DNA of 64,000 nt, taken from positions 1,289-65,288 of the forward strand of contig JBEKZD010000026.1 in NCBI GenBank assembly GCA_049510215.1, given 5' to 3'. Position 1 is the stretch's first letter. Each line of letters begins with the position of its first letter. The notes below the pieces were generated by a model that made no database searches, was not told where the DNA came from, and saw only the letters and a list, made by a program, of their open reading frames with translations. Positions 1 to 10,551 of this stretch are shown one piece after another. Source of the stretch: Verrucomicrobiia bacterium. Lineage in GTDB: Bacteria > Verrucomicrobiota > Verrucomicrobiia > Palsa-1439. The translations under genes and the position numbers were made by a program.

Positions 1-1
1 C

Positions 2-1228
2 AGCTACCAGCACCAACAACGGGAGGGTGCTTTGGAGCAGCAATTGCGTCAGGCCCAGAAGGTCGAGGCAATCGGCCGACTCGCCGGCGGCGTGGCGCAC
101 GATTTCAACAACATTCTGACCACCATCCTGGGCTACAGCGAACTCATGCTGACGCGGATCAAGCCCGACGATTCGCTGCGTGCCAATATCGAAGAAATTC
201 GCAAGGCCGCCGAACGCGCCGCCGCGCTGACGCGGCAATTGCTTGCCTTCAGCCGCAAGCAGATTCTGGAGCCGAAGGTGGTCAACCTCAACGACACCCT
301 GAAAGACCTGAGCACGATGTTGCGCCGCATGATCGGCGAGGACATCGAACTGACCACCATTGGCGCGCCGGATCTCGGACGGGTGAAAGTCGATCCAAGC
401 CAGATCGAGCAGGTGATTATCAATCTGGCCATCAACGCGCGCGATGCGATGCCACAGGGCGGCAAGTTGAAGATCGAAGCTGCCAACGTTGTATTGGACG
501 AGACCTACGCAGCCGAGCATGAAGGTGTTGCCCCGGGCAAGTACGTCGTGCTCACCATCAGCGATACCGGTATCGGCATGAGTGCCGAGGTGCGGGCCCG
601 CATTTTCGAGCCGTTCTTCACCACCAAGGAAGTAGGCAAGGGCACAGGTTTGGGATTGGCGACCTGCTACGGCATCGTCAAACAAAGTGGCGGCCACATC
701 AGCGTTGACAGTGAGCCCGGCCACGGGACAACCTTCACAATTCACCTGCCGCAGCTTGAGGGAGCGGCCACGGTCCGTCCCAAGCGAGACGAATCTGACG
801 ATCTGCCGCACGGCAAGGAGACTGTGCTGCTTGTCGAAGACGAGCCGAGTCTGCTCAAACTCGCCAGTTTGATCTTGCAGGAGCTCGGTTACACGGTGTT
901 GGAAGCGTCCAATGGACGGGAGGCCTTGCGCATTGCCAAGGAAAGGAATGGACAGGGAGTCGATTTGGTGCTCACCGACGTGGTGATGCCGCAGATGGGA
1001 GGCAAGGAACTCGCCGATCAGATTCACGCAGCACATCCTGAGATCAAGGTGCTTTTCAGTTCCGGTTACACGGTGAACACGATCGTCCACCACGGCGTGC
1101 TGGACGACGGCGTTGCGTTTTTAAACAAGCCGTACACTCGTGACGTGCTCGCGCGCAAGGTCCGCGAGGTGCTGGACCGTCCAAAGCCTGGGAACGCAGC
1201 CAGCACGGCGGCTCCCTCGAGTGGCTAG
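2..1228 (+). CDS. Hybrid sensor histidine kinase/response regulator (HisKA-HATPase-REC, CckA-like), probably 5'-partial
   Basis: H-box AHDFNN, N-box NLAINARDAM, G-boxes DTGIGM/GTGLGL and a C-terminal receiver (LVED, TDVVMP, KP). The frame is open back to the window edge. Confidence 0.9.
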   Translation, partial: SYQHQQREGALEQQLRQAQKVEAIGRLAGGVAHDFNNILTTILGYSELMLTRIKPDDSLRANIEEIRKAAERAAALTRQLLAFSRKQILEPKVVNLNDTLKDLSTMLRRMIGEDIELTTIGAPDLGRVKVDPSQIEQVIINLAINARDAMPQGGKLKIEAANVVLDETYAAEHEGVAPGKYVVLTISDTGIGMSAEVRARIFEPFFTTKEVGKGTGLGLATCYGIVKQSGGHISVDSEPGHGTTFTIHLPQLEGAATVRPKRDESDDLPHGKETVLLVEDEPSLLKLASLILQELGYTVLEASNGREALRIAKERNGQGVDLVLTDVVMPQMGGKELADQIHAAHPEIKVLFSSGYTVNTIVHHGVLDDGVAFLNKPYTRDVLARKVREVLDRPKPGNAASTAAPSSG

Positions 1229-2232
1229 CGCTGGTTGCGCGAGAAACTTTCCACCAGTTCTTCGGTGGAGCAGGTGGCGGTGCCAATCTTGCCGACGACA
1301 ACACCGGCGGCATGGTTGGAAATCTCTGCTGCCTCGACCGGACTCGCTCCCGCGGTCAGCGCCAGCACAAACGACGCGATGGCTGTGTCGCCCGCGCCTG
1401 AGACATCGTACACTTCGCGTGCCACCGTCGGAGTGTGATAAGGCCGCGCGCCCGAGCGAAACAGGCACATGCCGTGTTCTCCCAGCGTGACGAGCAGGTT
1501 GCGCGCTCTCCATTTGCGCAACAGAATCCTGCCCACGCGCATCAGCGGCTCGTCTCGCAGCACCTCGTCGGCAGGCTCGGCATAGGTCACGCCCGCTGCG
1601 GCGAACGCCTCGGAACGGTTGGGGGTGATCGCGGTGAGGCCTGAGTAACGGAGCAGATTGCGCGCATTCGGATCGGCCGCGGTGATCTTGTGATGCTTGC
1701 GGGCCAGCCGTTGCATGTCATCGAGGAGTTTCTGGGAGAGCACGCCTTTGCCGTAATCTTCGAAAATCACCGCCGCCGCGTGGTTCACTTGAGAGTGGAA
1801 GTACTCCATGAGTTTGTCTGCTACCGACGGCGAAATCTTCTCTGCTTTTTCTCGATCGAACCGCACGACCTGCTGGTGGTACGCCACAATGCGGGTCTTC
1901 AATGTCGTCGGGCGATTCGGATCGACAACCAGACCGCCGGTCTCGACTCCTTGCTCATCGAGCAACCCACGCAATTCTTCTCCCGCGCTGTCTTCGCCCA
2001 GCACGCCCATGATTTTCACAGGAGCGCCAAGCGCGCGCAGGTTGCGGGCGACGTTGGCCGCGCCGCCGGGGAAGGACGACTCGCGTGTGACCTCGACGAC
2101 GGGCACCGGAGCTTCGGGCGAGATGCGGGAAACTCTGCCCCAGAGGAACTGGTCGAGCATCACGTCGCCGACGACAACGATGTTTTGCCGGCGGAATCGG
2201 TTCAGGAGTTTTCTAAGCTGGTCGTGGGTCAT
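1225..2232 (-). CDS. rfaE1: D-glycero-beta-D-manno-heptose-7-phosphate kinase (RfaE/HldE domain I, PfkB family)
   Basis: GDVMLD, RISPEAPVPV, GGAANVA, DYGKG, TPNRSE, DVSGAGDT. The ATG at 2232 overlaps the upstream stop (ATGA). Confidence 0.9.
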   Translation of the reverse strand: MTHDQLRKLLNRFRRQNIVVVGDVMLDQFLWGRVSRISPEAPVPVVEVTRESSFPGGAANVARNLRALGAPVKIMGVLGEDSAGEELRGLLDEQGVETGGLVVDPNRPTTLKTRIVAYHQQVVRFDREKAEKISPSVADKLMEYFHSQVNHAAAVIFEDYGKGVLSQKLLDDMQRLARKHHKITAADPNARNLLRYSGLTAITPNRSEAFAAAGVTYAEPADEVLRDEPLMRVGRILLRKWRARNLLVTLGEHGMCLFRSGARPYHTPTVAREVYDVSGAGDTAIASFVLALTAGASPVEAAEISNHAAGVVVGKIGTATCSTEELVESFSRNQR

Positions 2233-3170
2233 TGAAGTTGTTCCAGGACAGCCGCCGCCCACAAGGGCACGAGCAGTTCGTGGTGCCCGACAATGTAGTA
2301 GCCGCGTCCACCTTTGACGGTCGGACGTCGGACGACGTTTTCCGTAGGGCGATAATGGCGGATCATGTCGAAGGTCACCGTCGTGAATTCCTCGACTTTG
2401 TTGCCAAGGTTGCGTGCGATGGTGAGCGCCTTGAGAAAAACTTCGGGCATGATCACCGCCGAGCCGATGTTGAGCGCGATCCCACCTTCCAAGTGTGCGA
2501 TGGCGGCGGCGAATTTCTGGAAATCAAGATAGGTCGCTTCACCCAGGACTGCGCCGTCAGTGGTCGGATGCTGGTGAATGATGTCCGTGCCGATAGCGAT
2601 GTGGACGGTGATGGGAACGTTGCTGACGACGCTCTGATGCAGGATGCTCAACTCCTTTAGGGCGAACTGTCCTTTGACGATGGCCTCGCCAAGGGCGCGG
2701 CCCGCGCCGATGCCTTGCTTCACGCCGTCGGCCATCGCCTGGTTCATCAGCCGACCCGTTTCGTCGATCATACCGAAGCTGCCGTCGTCGAGTCCGCGTT
2801 GAACGTCTTCGCTGGTCTCGCCGATCAGCGCGAGTTCGAAATCGTGGATCGCGGCGGCGCCGTTGAAAGCAACGGCGGAAATGACGCCGCGCCGCATCAG
2901 ATCGACTAGGATCGGGTTGAGCCCGCACTTGATCGGATGCGCGCCCATCATGACGATGACGGGCCGCCGGTTGCGCATGGCCGAGACGGTGGCGTTGACG
3001 ACGGCACGGAAATCGTTTCCGATCAGGATTCTTGGCAGCGAGTCGATGAACTGCGCGAAGCTGCCGCCTGTTTTCCAGACGCGGGCGAGTTGATCGAGAT
3101 GGACTTTGTTGTCGCGCTCGCGCAGCGGGTAGGTGCGGATGCGGCTGAAGTCGAGAGGTGGGAAATCCAT
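2229..3170 (-). CDS. Conserved hypothetical protein with deoxyhypusine-synthase-like fold
   Basis: MGAHPIKCGL, IHDFE, HIAIGTDIIHQHP, GSAVIMPEVFLKAL, GHHE motifs; coupled to the heptose kinase gene. Confidence 0.7.
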   Translation of the reverse strand: MDFPPLDFSRIRTYPLRERDNKVHLDQLARVWKTGGSFAQFIDSLPRILIGNDFRAVVNATVSAMRNRRPVIVMMGAHPIKCGLNPILVDLMRRGVISAVAFNGAAAIHDFELALIGETSEDVQRGLDDGSFGMIDETGRLMNQAMADGVKQGIGAGRALGEAIVKGQFALKELSILHQSVVSNVPITVHIAIGTDIIHQHPTTDGAVLGEATYLDFQKFAAAIAHLEGGIALNIGSAVIMPEVFLKALTIARNLGNKVEEFTTVTFDMIRHYRPTENVVRRPTVKGGRGYYIVGHHELLVPLWAAAVLEQLQ

Positions 3171-3171
3171 G

Positions 3172-4014
3172 CTAGCGGCCGGCCGCGCTTGACGTTGTGG
3201 GTTCCGAGTTCGCTGTCCCAAAGTTCGACGCAGCCGTCGACAGGCTCGTGTTCGTCTCAGGGGCGTCCGACTCCACCTTGAACAGCACCAACTTGGCGCT
3301 GCCGATTTTCATGTCGGAGGAAACCAGCAACGGCAGCTTGCGGGTATCGTCGCTGACCCAAAACCACATGCGCCCTTTGTTGGCGGCAACGATGTTCAGC
3401 GTGGGTTTTGGCTCGATGCGCATGGCCTCGACATCGCCCAGCGGACGGATCCAAAGTGTTCTGCGGAGGTCGGGGCGCACGTGCACGGAGTAGTTCGTGC
3501 TGCCTGCGTTGACCAGGAAGTTATTCTCGACGGACGGCTTCAACTGCTGGACCCGCACGTAGTAGAGCGCCGAAACGACGTCTTGCACGGGCTGGTCGAG
3601 TGGCATGACGTCCTTTCTGCCGTTGATCAGATTCGTGGTGACGGCTCGTTTGTGGTCGTAATCGTACACCGTCTCGTTGTTCCTGGCTTTTTTGCCTTCG
3701 ACACGATTCTCGCGATAGCGACGAGTGAACAACTGATTCACATCCAGCCAGCTCTCCGTGGTGCTATCGACATGAAACAGCAGTTCCGCCAGCCCGCTGG
3801 TCCTGGCTTGCGCGACGAGATGATAGCAGTCGTGCCCGTCCATCCGTTCGATGCCTTGCACCTCGAGCGAGGCGCGCCCGGCGACAAACGGTCCCCAGAA
3901 AACCTGGTAGGTCAACTTCTCGCCGACGTGGAAGGGGAAGTTCTCCCCCCCATTGGCCCACGAAGAGACCGCCACGGCCAGCAACAACTCCGCGATGACA
4001 ACGATCTTTTTCAT
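3172..4014 (-). CDS. DUF3108 family exported protein
   Basis: Signal peptide, GEKLTYQVFWG, QDVVSALYYVR, WVSDDTRKLP. Confidence 0.75.
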   Translation of the reverse strand: MKKIVVIAELLLAVAVSSWANGGENFPFHVGEKLTYQVFWGPFVAGRASLEVQGIERMDGHDCYHLVAQARTSGLAELLFHVDSTTESWLDVNQLFTRRYRENRVEGKKARNNETVYDYDHKRAVTTNLINGRKDVMPLDQPVQDVVSALYYVRVQQLKPSVENNFLVNAGSTNYSVHVRPDLRRTLWIRPLGDVEAMRIEPKPTLNIVAANKGRMWFWVSDDTRKLPLLVSSDMKIGSAKLVLFKVESDAPETNTSLSTAASNFGTANSEPTTSSAAGR

Positions 4015-4103
4015 GCAACAGTCTCGTCAGTATAGGAACGCGTTCCGGCCCTTTCAACGAAAAACCAGATGACCCTCGCCGAACGGAACCACCATGTATC
4101 GAT

Positions 4104-5165
4104 CTATTCGCTCAGGAGTTTCTCGGCTTGAGCAAGAAGGTCGTCGACCTCGATCGGATGGATGTAGCCTTTTTTGTCAACCAGCCACATAACGGGGATG
4201 GCGCTGATGTGGAACCTGGTGCTGATGTCGTTCTCCCAGACTTTGCCGTCGAAGTATTGCGGCCAGGTCATACCACGCTGCTTCGAGAACGTCACCAGGC
4301 TGTCCTTGTCGCGATCCAGCGAGATGCCGACGATCTCAAAGCCTTTGCCGTGAAATTTATTGTAGGTCGCGATGACCTTGGGCACGGACACCACGCACGG
4401 GCCGCACCACGTCGCCCAGAAATCCAACAGCACCACTTTGCCGCGCAGTTTTTCCAGATCGACGGTTGAACCATCCACCGCTGTGAATCTTAGTTGCACT
4501 GGTTTCATGCTGATATCCAGCGAGGTCAGGTAGCCTTGAGCTTCATAGGCGACTTGAGGGTCGCTGCTCTTGGCGAGCGTCTTCATCAAAGACTCGGCCT
4601 TGGCGGGATCGGCCTTCTGGAACAAGCGCGCCTTGAGCAGCCGCAACTGTTCGTTGCGCGGGTCTTGCGGGTATTGTTTCTCAAACGCGGTGATCTCGGC
4701 TTCGACCGCCGCAACCGCGGTGGCGTTGGTGGATTGCAGCAACGGGGCGGCGTGGAACTGCATCAGAAAAAGGCTGGCTCGCGCCTTCGTCTCCGTCGAG
4801 GCATCCGCAGCAGCGGCGATTTCCTTCAGCGTCTTCTCATCCGCGGCTTGATCGTATGGCCGGCCTTGCAGGTCGGCCAGCAGGTTGGTGTACTGAACTC
4901 GCGTGAGTTTGGCGTCCCAACGCCGCGCATCGGTCGGGAATCGCCTGCAAAACTCCGCCAGCGCCACGTCGATCTGGCCGATGAAGTTTTTGACGATCGC
5001 GCGATGTTCCTCCAGCGTCCGTGCCTGTTCGCTTGGCCCTTGCTGCTGCATTTGCCGGATGTGGAGCCAGAGTTCGTCCGCGGTCTTGAATTGGGAGAGA
5101 TCGGCCGCCAGGATTGTCGCCGCAAACCCGCTGACCGCCAGCAAAAACCCGATCGAGGCTTTCAT
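4104..5165 (-). CDS. TlpA-family thiol:disulfide oxidoreductase
   Basis: Signal peptide and C-terminal DFWATWCGPC thioredoxin fold. Confidence 0.88.
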   Translation of the reverse strand: MKASIGFLLAVSGFAATILAADLSQFKTADELWLHIRQMQQQGPSEQARTLEEHRAIVKNFIGQIDVALAEFCRRFPTDARRWDAKLTRVQYTNLLADLQGRPYDQAADEKTLKEIAAAADASTETKARASLFLMQFHAAPLLQSTNATAVAAVEAEITAFEKQYPQDPRNEQLRLLKARLFQKADPAKAESLMKTLAKSSDPQVAYEAQGYLTSLDISMKPVQLRFTAVDGSTVDLEKLRGKVVLLDFWATWCGPCVVSVPKVIATYNKFHGKGFEIVGISLDRDKDSLVTFSKQRGMTWPQYFDGKVWENDISTRFHISAIPVMWLVDKKGYIHPIEVDDLLAQAEKLLSE

Positions 5166-5281
5166 ACGGGAAAGACTATACCAGAGACTCGCCCACGGCA
5201 ACATCGGCGCGCGGGAGGAGGAACAGTCCCGTGCCACAACTGGCTGCGCCATCTGATCGGGGCTGTCGTGGATGCCTGTTT

Positions 5282-5692
5282 TTAGCTCTTGCGAGCGGCC
5301 TTCCCCAGGATCGTCACCGTGTTGGCTTGTGGATTGATGCTCGTGATTGTGCCGTGGGCGCGCAATTCGTTGGTCGGCATGGGCGGCTGCTGCGGGTGAC
5401 CGCTTGGAGACGAGGTCTTTGGCTGTTTCGCGGTACGCGGCTGCGGGACAACGATCCTATCCGCGACGAGCACGCCGTTCTGGCTCTGGTAACGGATGTT
5501 GACCTTGTCGCCGACTTTGAGGTCGGCCAGCGTGGCCTGCTTCTTGTCGGGGGTGACGACCTTGCAACCGTCATCGACTTTGAATGTCTGGCCGGTGAGC
5601 CCGCTGTTGGCGGCCTGTGCGACCCGCGTCACGGACAGCGTCAGCGCGGCCATGCCAATTCCGATCATCGTGCGGAAACCAAACTTGCCCAT
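5282..5692 (-). CDS. Exported hypothetical protein (small OB-like repeats, LADLKVGDKV)
   Basis: Signal peptide; GGAGG SD upstream of the ATG. Confidence 0.6.
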   Translation of the reverse strand: MGKFGFRTMIGIGMAALTLSVTRVAQAANSGLTGQTFKVDDGCKVVTPDKKQATLADLKVGDKVNIRYQSQNGVLVADRIVVPQPRTAKQPKTSSPSGHPQQPPMPTNELRAHGTITSINPQANTVTILGKAARKS

Positions 5693-5892
5693 CTTGTTCC
5701 TCCGTCGTGTTGGAAGTTGCGTTTGTCGACAAAGTAAACACCGCTCGCGCGAAAAAGTTCCTTCCCAGTGCTCCAGCGTGCGGCAATTGGGCAGGTGCTG
5801 GTGACGAGGAGGCGCGGGGAATCGAACGGAGGCAAGGACTTAAAAAGCGTTGACTGGCATGGAGGAATGGTGTTATACGTTGCGCCAGTTCA

Positions 5893-6456
5893 ATGCAAGG
5901 AGGACGTCAGTATTTTATGACCAATTCCAACAGGTTTCTTGTATCCAGCCTCAGCGCGCTTTGCGCAGCCGCGCTGCTGAACGGTTGCGCGACCGCCCGC
6001 AAGAACATGCAGCCCGTGAACGAACAGCAGAAGAGCGAGTTCCTCAAGGGCATGGATGTTGTCGAGCAGCCAGCGCTCGAGCCCGAGTGGGCCGATTTCG
6101 TGAAAGATAAGTACCCGAACTGGCGGCAGCATTACTGGGTGGACCGTGGGAACTGGGGTAACCGCGGTTACATCGTCGGCAAGCCGCCCGCAGAGGCTGA
6201 GCCTGTCGTCGAGGCCCAGGTAACGCCGTTGCCGCCCGCGCCGCCGGCGATCATCGAAACCGAACCGCCGAAGGTTGAGGTTGCCGAGAAGCCGACGAAA
6301 TACATCGTGAAAAAAGGGGATTCGCTCTGGAGGATTGCGGGCAAAGTGTACCACAATCCGCTGAAGTGGCCACGAATCTATCGCGCCAATAAGGACAGGA
6401 TCAAGAATCCGAACCGGATCTACCCGAACCAGGTTCTGACGATTCCGCAGAATTAG
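5893..6456 (+). CDS. LysM-domain lipoprotein (start may be 5917)
   Basis: Lipobox LLNGC; C-terminal YIVKKGDSLWRIA...IYPNQVLTIP. Confidence 0.88.
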   Translation: MQGGRQYFMTNSNRFLVSSLSALCAAALLNGCATARKNMQPVNEQQKSEFLKGMDVVEQPALEPEWADFVKDKYPNWRQHYWVDRGNWGNRGYIVGKPPAEAEPVVEAQVTPLPPAPPAIIETEPPKVEVAEKPTKYIVKKGDSLWRIAGKVYHNPLKWPRIYRANKDRIKNPNRIYPNQVLTIPQN

Positions 6457-6547
6457 CGCGCGGCGTGGGAGCGAATGCTTGCGTTGTCAACGCAGGGCGA
6501 ATGAGTTATGCTTGTTGGCGGTGCGAAGGCATAGCTCCGTTTAAGTC

Positions 6548-7546
6548 ATGGCTAGCGAGACCCTGCATTTTGACAATCCGCGCGTGGCGCAAGCCCTTTT
6601 CATTAATGAACCCAAGAATCTTCGCTTGGTCGAGGATCTGCTCGGGCTGAAGGTCAGCGCCCGCGAAAGCTGGATCAACCTAGAAGGCGATGAGGCCAGC
6701 ATCGAAAAGGGCAAGATGCTGTTCACCGAACTGCAGCAGGCGATTGCGCGAGGTACTTCCATTCATCGCCGGGAGTTCAGTCAGGCCGTCAGCGCCATCA
6801 GTCGTGGGGAGCATCTTCATCTGCAGGAGTTGAACGAGGAACGCGTCGAAGTCTCCACGCGCAAACGCGCCGTTGTGCCCAAGACCCTCGGACAGAAACG
6901 TTACATCGAGGCCATCCGCAAGCACGACATCGTCATCGGCATCGGCCCCGCCGGGACGGGCAAGACCTATCTGGCCATGGCCATGGCCGTCAACGCGCTG
7001 CGGCAGGACAAAGTCGGCCGCATCATCCTGTGCCGACCCGCGGTCGAAGCAGGTGAGGCGCTCGGTTTCCTGCCCGGCACGCTGGAGGAGAAAGTCGCGC
7101 CGTACCTGCGCCCGCTCTACGACGCGCTCTACGACATGATGGAGCCTGACGAAATCCAGCGCAACATGGAACGCGGCGTCATCGAGATCGCGCCGCTGGC
7201 CTACATGCGCGGTCGCACCCTGAACAATGCGTTCGTCATTCTCGACGAAGCGCAGAACTCCACCAGCGAGCAGATGCTGATGTTTCTGACGCGTATGGGA
7301 TTCGACTCCAAGGTCGTGGTCACCGGCGACATCACCCAGGTGGACCTGCCGGGACATAAAACGTCGGGACTGATCGAGGTGCAGGGGATCCTCAAAAACA
7401 TCCCGGGCCTGGAGATCGTTTACTTCGACGAGCGGGACGTGGTGCGGCACGAACTCGTTCAGAAAATCATCGGCGCCTACGCCCGGTTCAAGGAAGAACG
7501 CGAACGCCGCCGCCAGGAGAGCGCGGCCAACGGCAACAGCAAATGA
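6548..7546 (+). CDS. phoH: PhoH family ATPase
   Basis: [34 protein letters not shown]. Confidence 0.95.
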   Translation: MASETLHFDNPRVAQALFINEPKNLRLVEDLLGLKVSARESWINLEGDEASIEKGKMLFTELQQAIARGTSIHRREFSQAVSAISRGEHLHLQELNEERVEVSTRKRAVVPKTLGQKRYIEAIRKHDIVIGIGPAGTGKTYLAMAMAVNALRQDKVGRIILCRPAVEAGEALGFLPGTLEEKVAPYLRPLYDALYDMMEPDEIQRNMERGVIEIAPLAYMRGRTLNNAFVILDEAQNSTSEQMLMFLTRMGFDSKVVVTGDITQVDLPGHKTSGLIEVQGILKNIPGLEIVYFDERDVVRHELVQKIIGAYARFKEERERRRQESAANGNSK

Positions 7547-8043
7547 CGGACATCGCAGTCCGCAATCAGCAGCGACGGTTGAAGGTCAACATTCGTTTGC
7601 TGGCTGGGATCGCCGAACGCGCACTCGAACTCGTCAACTGGAGGGCCACGCTCTGTCGTGGCCGATCCCGGCAGCGGACGCGACGGAGCGCGTCCCTCCA
7701 GACACTCGTCAGCCTCAGCATCGTCCTCGTCAACGACGAAACCATCGCCGAACTCAACGAACAATTTCATCACACCCGCGGCCCGACCGACATCCTGGCG
7801 TTCGAGTACGATGGCCTTGGCGAACTGATCATCTCAACGGAGCGCGCCGTGGCCCACGCCAGACGTTACCGTACCACACCCGCCCGCGAGCTGGCGCTCT
7901 ATGTCATCCACGGCATCCTGCACCTTCACGGTTACGACGACCTGAAGCCGGGTCAGCGCCAACGGATGCGCGCCGCCGAGCGCCGCCTGCTCGCGCGTCT
8001 GGGCCGGTCTTTCGACCTGCCGAAACTCGTCGCGTCGAAATAG
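7543..8043 (+). CDS. ybeY: rRNA maturation RNase YbeY, carrying an in-frame REP insertion
   Basis: PTDILAF and [10 protein letters not shown] motifs; follows phoH. Confidence 0.9.
   Translation: MTDIAVRNQQRRLKVNIRLLAGIAERALELVNWRATLCRGRSRQRTRRSASLQTLVSLSIVLVNDETIAELNEQFHHTRGPTDILAFEYDGLGELIISTERAVAHARRYRTTPARELALYVIHGILHLHGYDDLKPGQRQRMRAAERRLLARLGRSFDLPKLVASK
7638..7701. repeat. REP doublet inside the ybeY coding sequence
   Basis: TGGAGGGCCACGCTCTGTCGTGGCC ... GGACGCGACGGAGCGCGTCCCTCCA, two internally palindromic units in inverted orientation. The left unit matches 26159-26183 at 24/25 nt. Confidence 0.88.
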
Positions 8044-8075
8044 CATCCTACCGGCAACAGCGGACGGAGTCGCCG

Positions 8076-8774
8076 ATGATCAAGATTCGACCAGGCAGGG
8101 AGCGCGGGCACGCCGACCACGGTTGGCTGGACACCTACCACACGTTTTCATTTGCAGATTACTACGACCCCAAGCACATGGGTTTTCGCAGTCTGCGCGT
8201 CATCAACGAGGACCGGGTCGAACCCGGCCAGGGCTTCGGCGCGCATCCGCATCGCGACATGGAAATCATCACGTACGTGTTGGAAGGCGCACTGGAACAC
8301 AAGGACAGCCTCGGCACCGGCTCGGTTATTCGGCCCGGCGACGTGCAGCGGATGAGCGCGGGCACGGGCATTACGCACAGCGAGTTCAATCATTCGCGGA
8401 TGGAACTCGTTCACTTTCTGCAAATTTGGATTCTGCCCGAACGCAAGAGTCTGAAGCCGGGTTACGAACAGAAAACGTTTAGCGCCCAGGACAAACGCGG
8501 ACAATTGCGCTTGCTAGCGGCGCGCAACGGACACAACGGCACGGTGACCGTACATCAGGACATGGCCCTGTACGCAGCGTTGCTTTCAGCCGGCGAGAAG
8601 GTCACCCATTCACTGGAGCGTGGTCGTCACGCGTGGTTGCAGGTGACGCGCGGCGCGGTGATGCTCAACGGTGAGAAGCTCAATGCGGGCGACGGCGCGG
8701 CAATCAGCGAGGAGCAATCGCTGGAGATCGAAGCGGCTGCCGAGTCGGAGATCCTGCTGTTCGATCTGGCCTGA
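8076..8774 (+). CDS. Pirin family protein (YhhW-like)
   Basis: [36 protein letters not shown]. Confidence 0.93.
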   Translation: MIKIRPGRERGHADHGWLDTYHTFSFADYYDPKHMGFRSLRVINEDRVEPGQGFGAHPHRDMEIITYVLEGALEHKDSLGTGSVIRPGDVQRMSAGTGITHSEFNHSRMELVHFLQIWILPERKSLKPGYEQKTFSAQDKRGQLRLLAARNGHNGTVTVHQDMALYAALLSAGEKVTHSLERGRHAWLQVTRGAVMLNGEKLNAGDGAAISEEQSLEIEAAAESEILLFDLA

Positions 8775-8838
8775 GAGATTTGGCGGGTCGTGTCCCAGGG
8801 TGGCACGAGGCCGCAACCAAAACGGCCTACTCTTGTTT

Positions 8839-8912
8839 GTCATTCTGAGCGCAGCGAAGAATCTCTGTCGTTGGTGGCGCTCGACACGGCAGAGACCCTT
8901 CGACTAGCTCAG
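8839..8912. repeat. REP-like inverted repeat (GTCATTCTGAGCGCAGCGAAGAATCT class), right arm truncated
   Basis: CTGAGC..CGAAG.ATCTCTGTCGT pairs with ACGGCAGAGA.CCTTCG..GCTCAG. Confidence 0.65.
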
Positions 8913-9811
8913 TCGCCCTGCCTCGTTGCATCGGCTGGAAAGTGCCGTTGTACTTCGATCCTGTACTTTCCACAGAAATCGAGCGCCAACTCAAATCTTT
9001 CCGGCCAGTGAATCATCCCGTCTATCTGCCATGTCTCTCCCGGACTTGCAGAGCGCATCTCTTGTAGCTTTTCGTAGAAGCCGTCGCGGTCAAAGGGCGG
9101 CGGAGGCGGCGGGAGGCATACGATAGATTTACCCATCTTGACTCCTAGGCAATGAATGGGCCTCTGAAAGAGGAGTAATGCCTTCTCGATCTCATCTCCG
9201 CTGCCCGCGTCAAGCCGAAATACCTCCAATAGTTGAGATTGAGGCGACCTAATCTGCTGCCGAACTCTATCCAGCCCGTGCATCAGAACATAGGCATAGC
9301 CGAGCTTCGCGAAGGCGGCCAGATAAGCGGATTTCAAGTACCCAACATCCGCCATTTTCCTACTGTATGAAACTTCGTCTCGAAGTTGAAAGCTAGTGCC
9401 ATCAACAAGAATTTGTGAATCAGATTTCTCAACAACTTTCGGGTCATTGTGCTCGCCGAGTATCTGAATCTGGATGCCCTTCTGATCATTACGAACATCA
9501 ACATTCAACTGAATCTCGCCTTTGATCAGTGTTGCCCTTCTAGTTTGGCCATTTTTTTCCATGAAGGAGTGAGAAAGCTGCTCCCGATGCACGTGTGCAT
9601 CAATCTGATATCCGGCTTCTGAATTGCATTTACGGCAAGTTAGGCAGAGCACCTTTCCACCTACGGAGTCAGGAGGTACGTGTTCCTCAGAAAGATCTTG
9701 AAGCTCTAGGAAGTTATTCAGGCAAACCGGGCAAACATAACCAACATCTTCTCCGCCTGTGAGTTTCCGTAGTGCCTCACGCCCGATATTGTAAAGCTCT
9801 TGCTTCGACAT
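8909..9811 (-). CDS. HNH-endonuclease-domain protein (lower GC, accessory)
   Basis: CPVC...EEHVPP..GG...CRKCNS zinc/HNH motif at the N-terminus. Confidence 0.75.
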   Translation of the reverse strand: MSKQELYNIGREALRKLTGGEDVGYVCPVCLNNFLELQDLSEEHVPPDSVGGKVLCLTCRKCNSEAGYQIDAHVHREQLSHSFMEKNGQTRRATLIKGEIQLNVDVRNDQKGIQIQILGEHNDPKVVEKSDSQILVDGTSFQLRDEVSYSRKMADVGYLKSAYLAAFAKLGYAYVLMHGLDRVRQQIRSPQSQLLEVFRLDAGSGDEIEKALLLFQRPIHCLGVKMGKSIVCLPPPPPPFDRDGFYEKLQEMRSASPGETWQIDGMIHWPERFELALDFCGKYRIEVQRHFPADATRQGD

Positions 9812-9918
9812 GACTGTCGATTCTGCTCCTACGGCGATATTATCACAAATGCCGCGGCCATCAAAGCGGTAAGGCTTCAGCGTGCGTCCCGGGAAGGGAA
9901 AGGGTCAAGTGGCCGGGG

Positions 9919-10551
9919 TCAACTTCGTAAAGCGCAGTTCCCTTTGCAGCGGGCGACATATCGGCCGCGCGATTCCTTCACCTGAAAACCGATTCCCTTC
10001 TTGGTCGGCGGTTCCGGCATTGCCGGCGGGTCGATGATGTCCATGACGCGTTGGAGGATGGTGACGATGGCTGCTTCGTGCACGTCGAGCCGGTCTTTGA
10101 GTTCCTTCTCCAGCGCCGCCAGTTTGCGGGCCAGTTCCCGGTTGTCCGACAACACCGCGCGCATCTTCAGGAATGCGCGTATGACGAACACGCTCATCTG
10201 CGTGGCGCGCGGACTGTTGAGCACATTGGCCGCCATAAGCGCACCGTGCTCAGTGAAGACGTAGGGAAGATAGCGCCGACCACCGCGTCTTTGCGAAGTC
10301 GCAAATTGCGCTTTTACGTTTGAGATGCCAATTTGGCATCTCAAAAAGTCAAACTCTTCGGCGGTCAATCGGAACACGAAATCTTCGGGGAAACGTTCTT
10401 GGTTACGCTTCATCGCCCGATTCAACGCGCCGGTTTCGACGCCATAGACCGCCGCCAAGTCAGCGTCGAGCATGACCTTCTGTCCGCGAACCTCGTAAAT
10501 CAGGCGGTCAAGACGTTCCACCTGAATTGCCAGTTCTTTCCCCGTAGCCAT
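9919..10551 (-). CDS. ORF6N domain DNA-binding protein
   Basis: IYEVRGQKVMLDADLA.VYGVET, RNQERFPEDFVF, GGRRYLPYVFTEHG. The start is set at MATGKEL, outside the adjacent IS. Confidence 0.88.
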   Translation of the reverse strand: MATGKELAIQVERLDRLIYEVRGQKVMLDADLAAVYGVETGALNRAMKRNQERFPEDFVFRLTAEEFDFLRCQIGISNVKAQFATSQRRGGRRYLPYVFTEHGALMAANVLNSPRATQMSVFVIRAFLKMRAVLSDNRELARKLAALEKELKDRLDVHEAAIVTILQRVMDIIDPPAMPEPPTKKGIGFQVKESRGRYVARCKGNCALRS

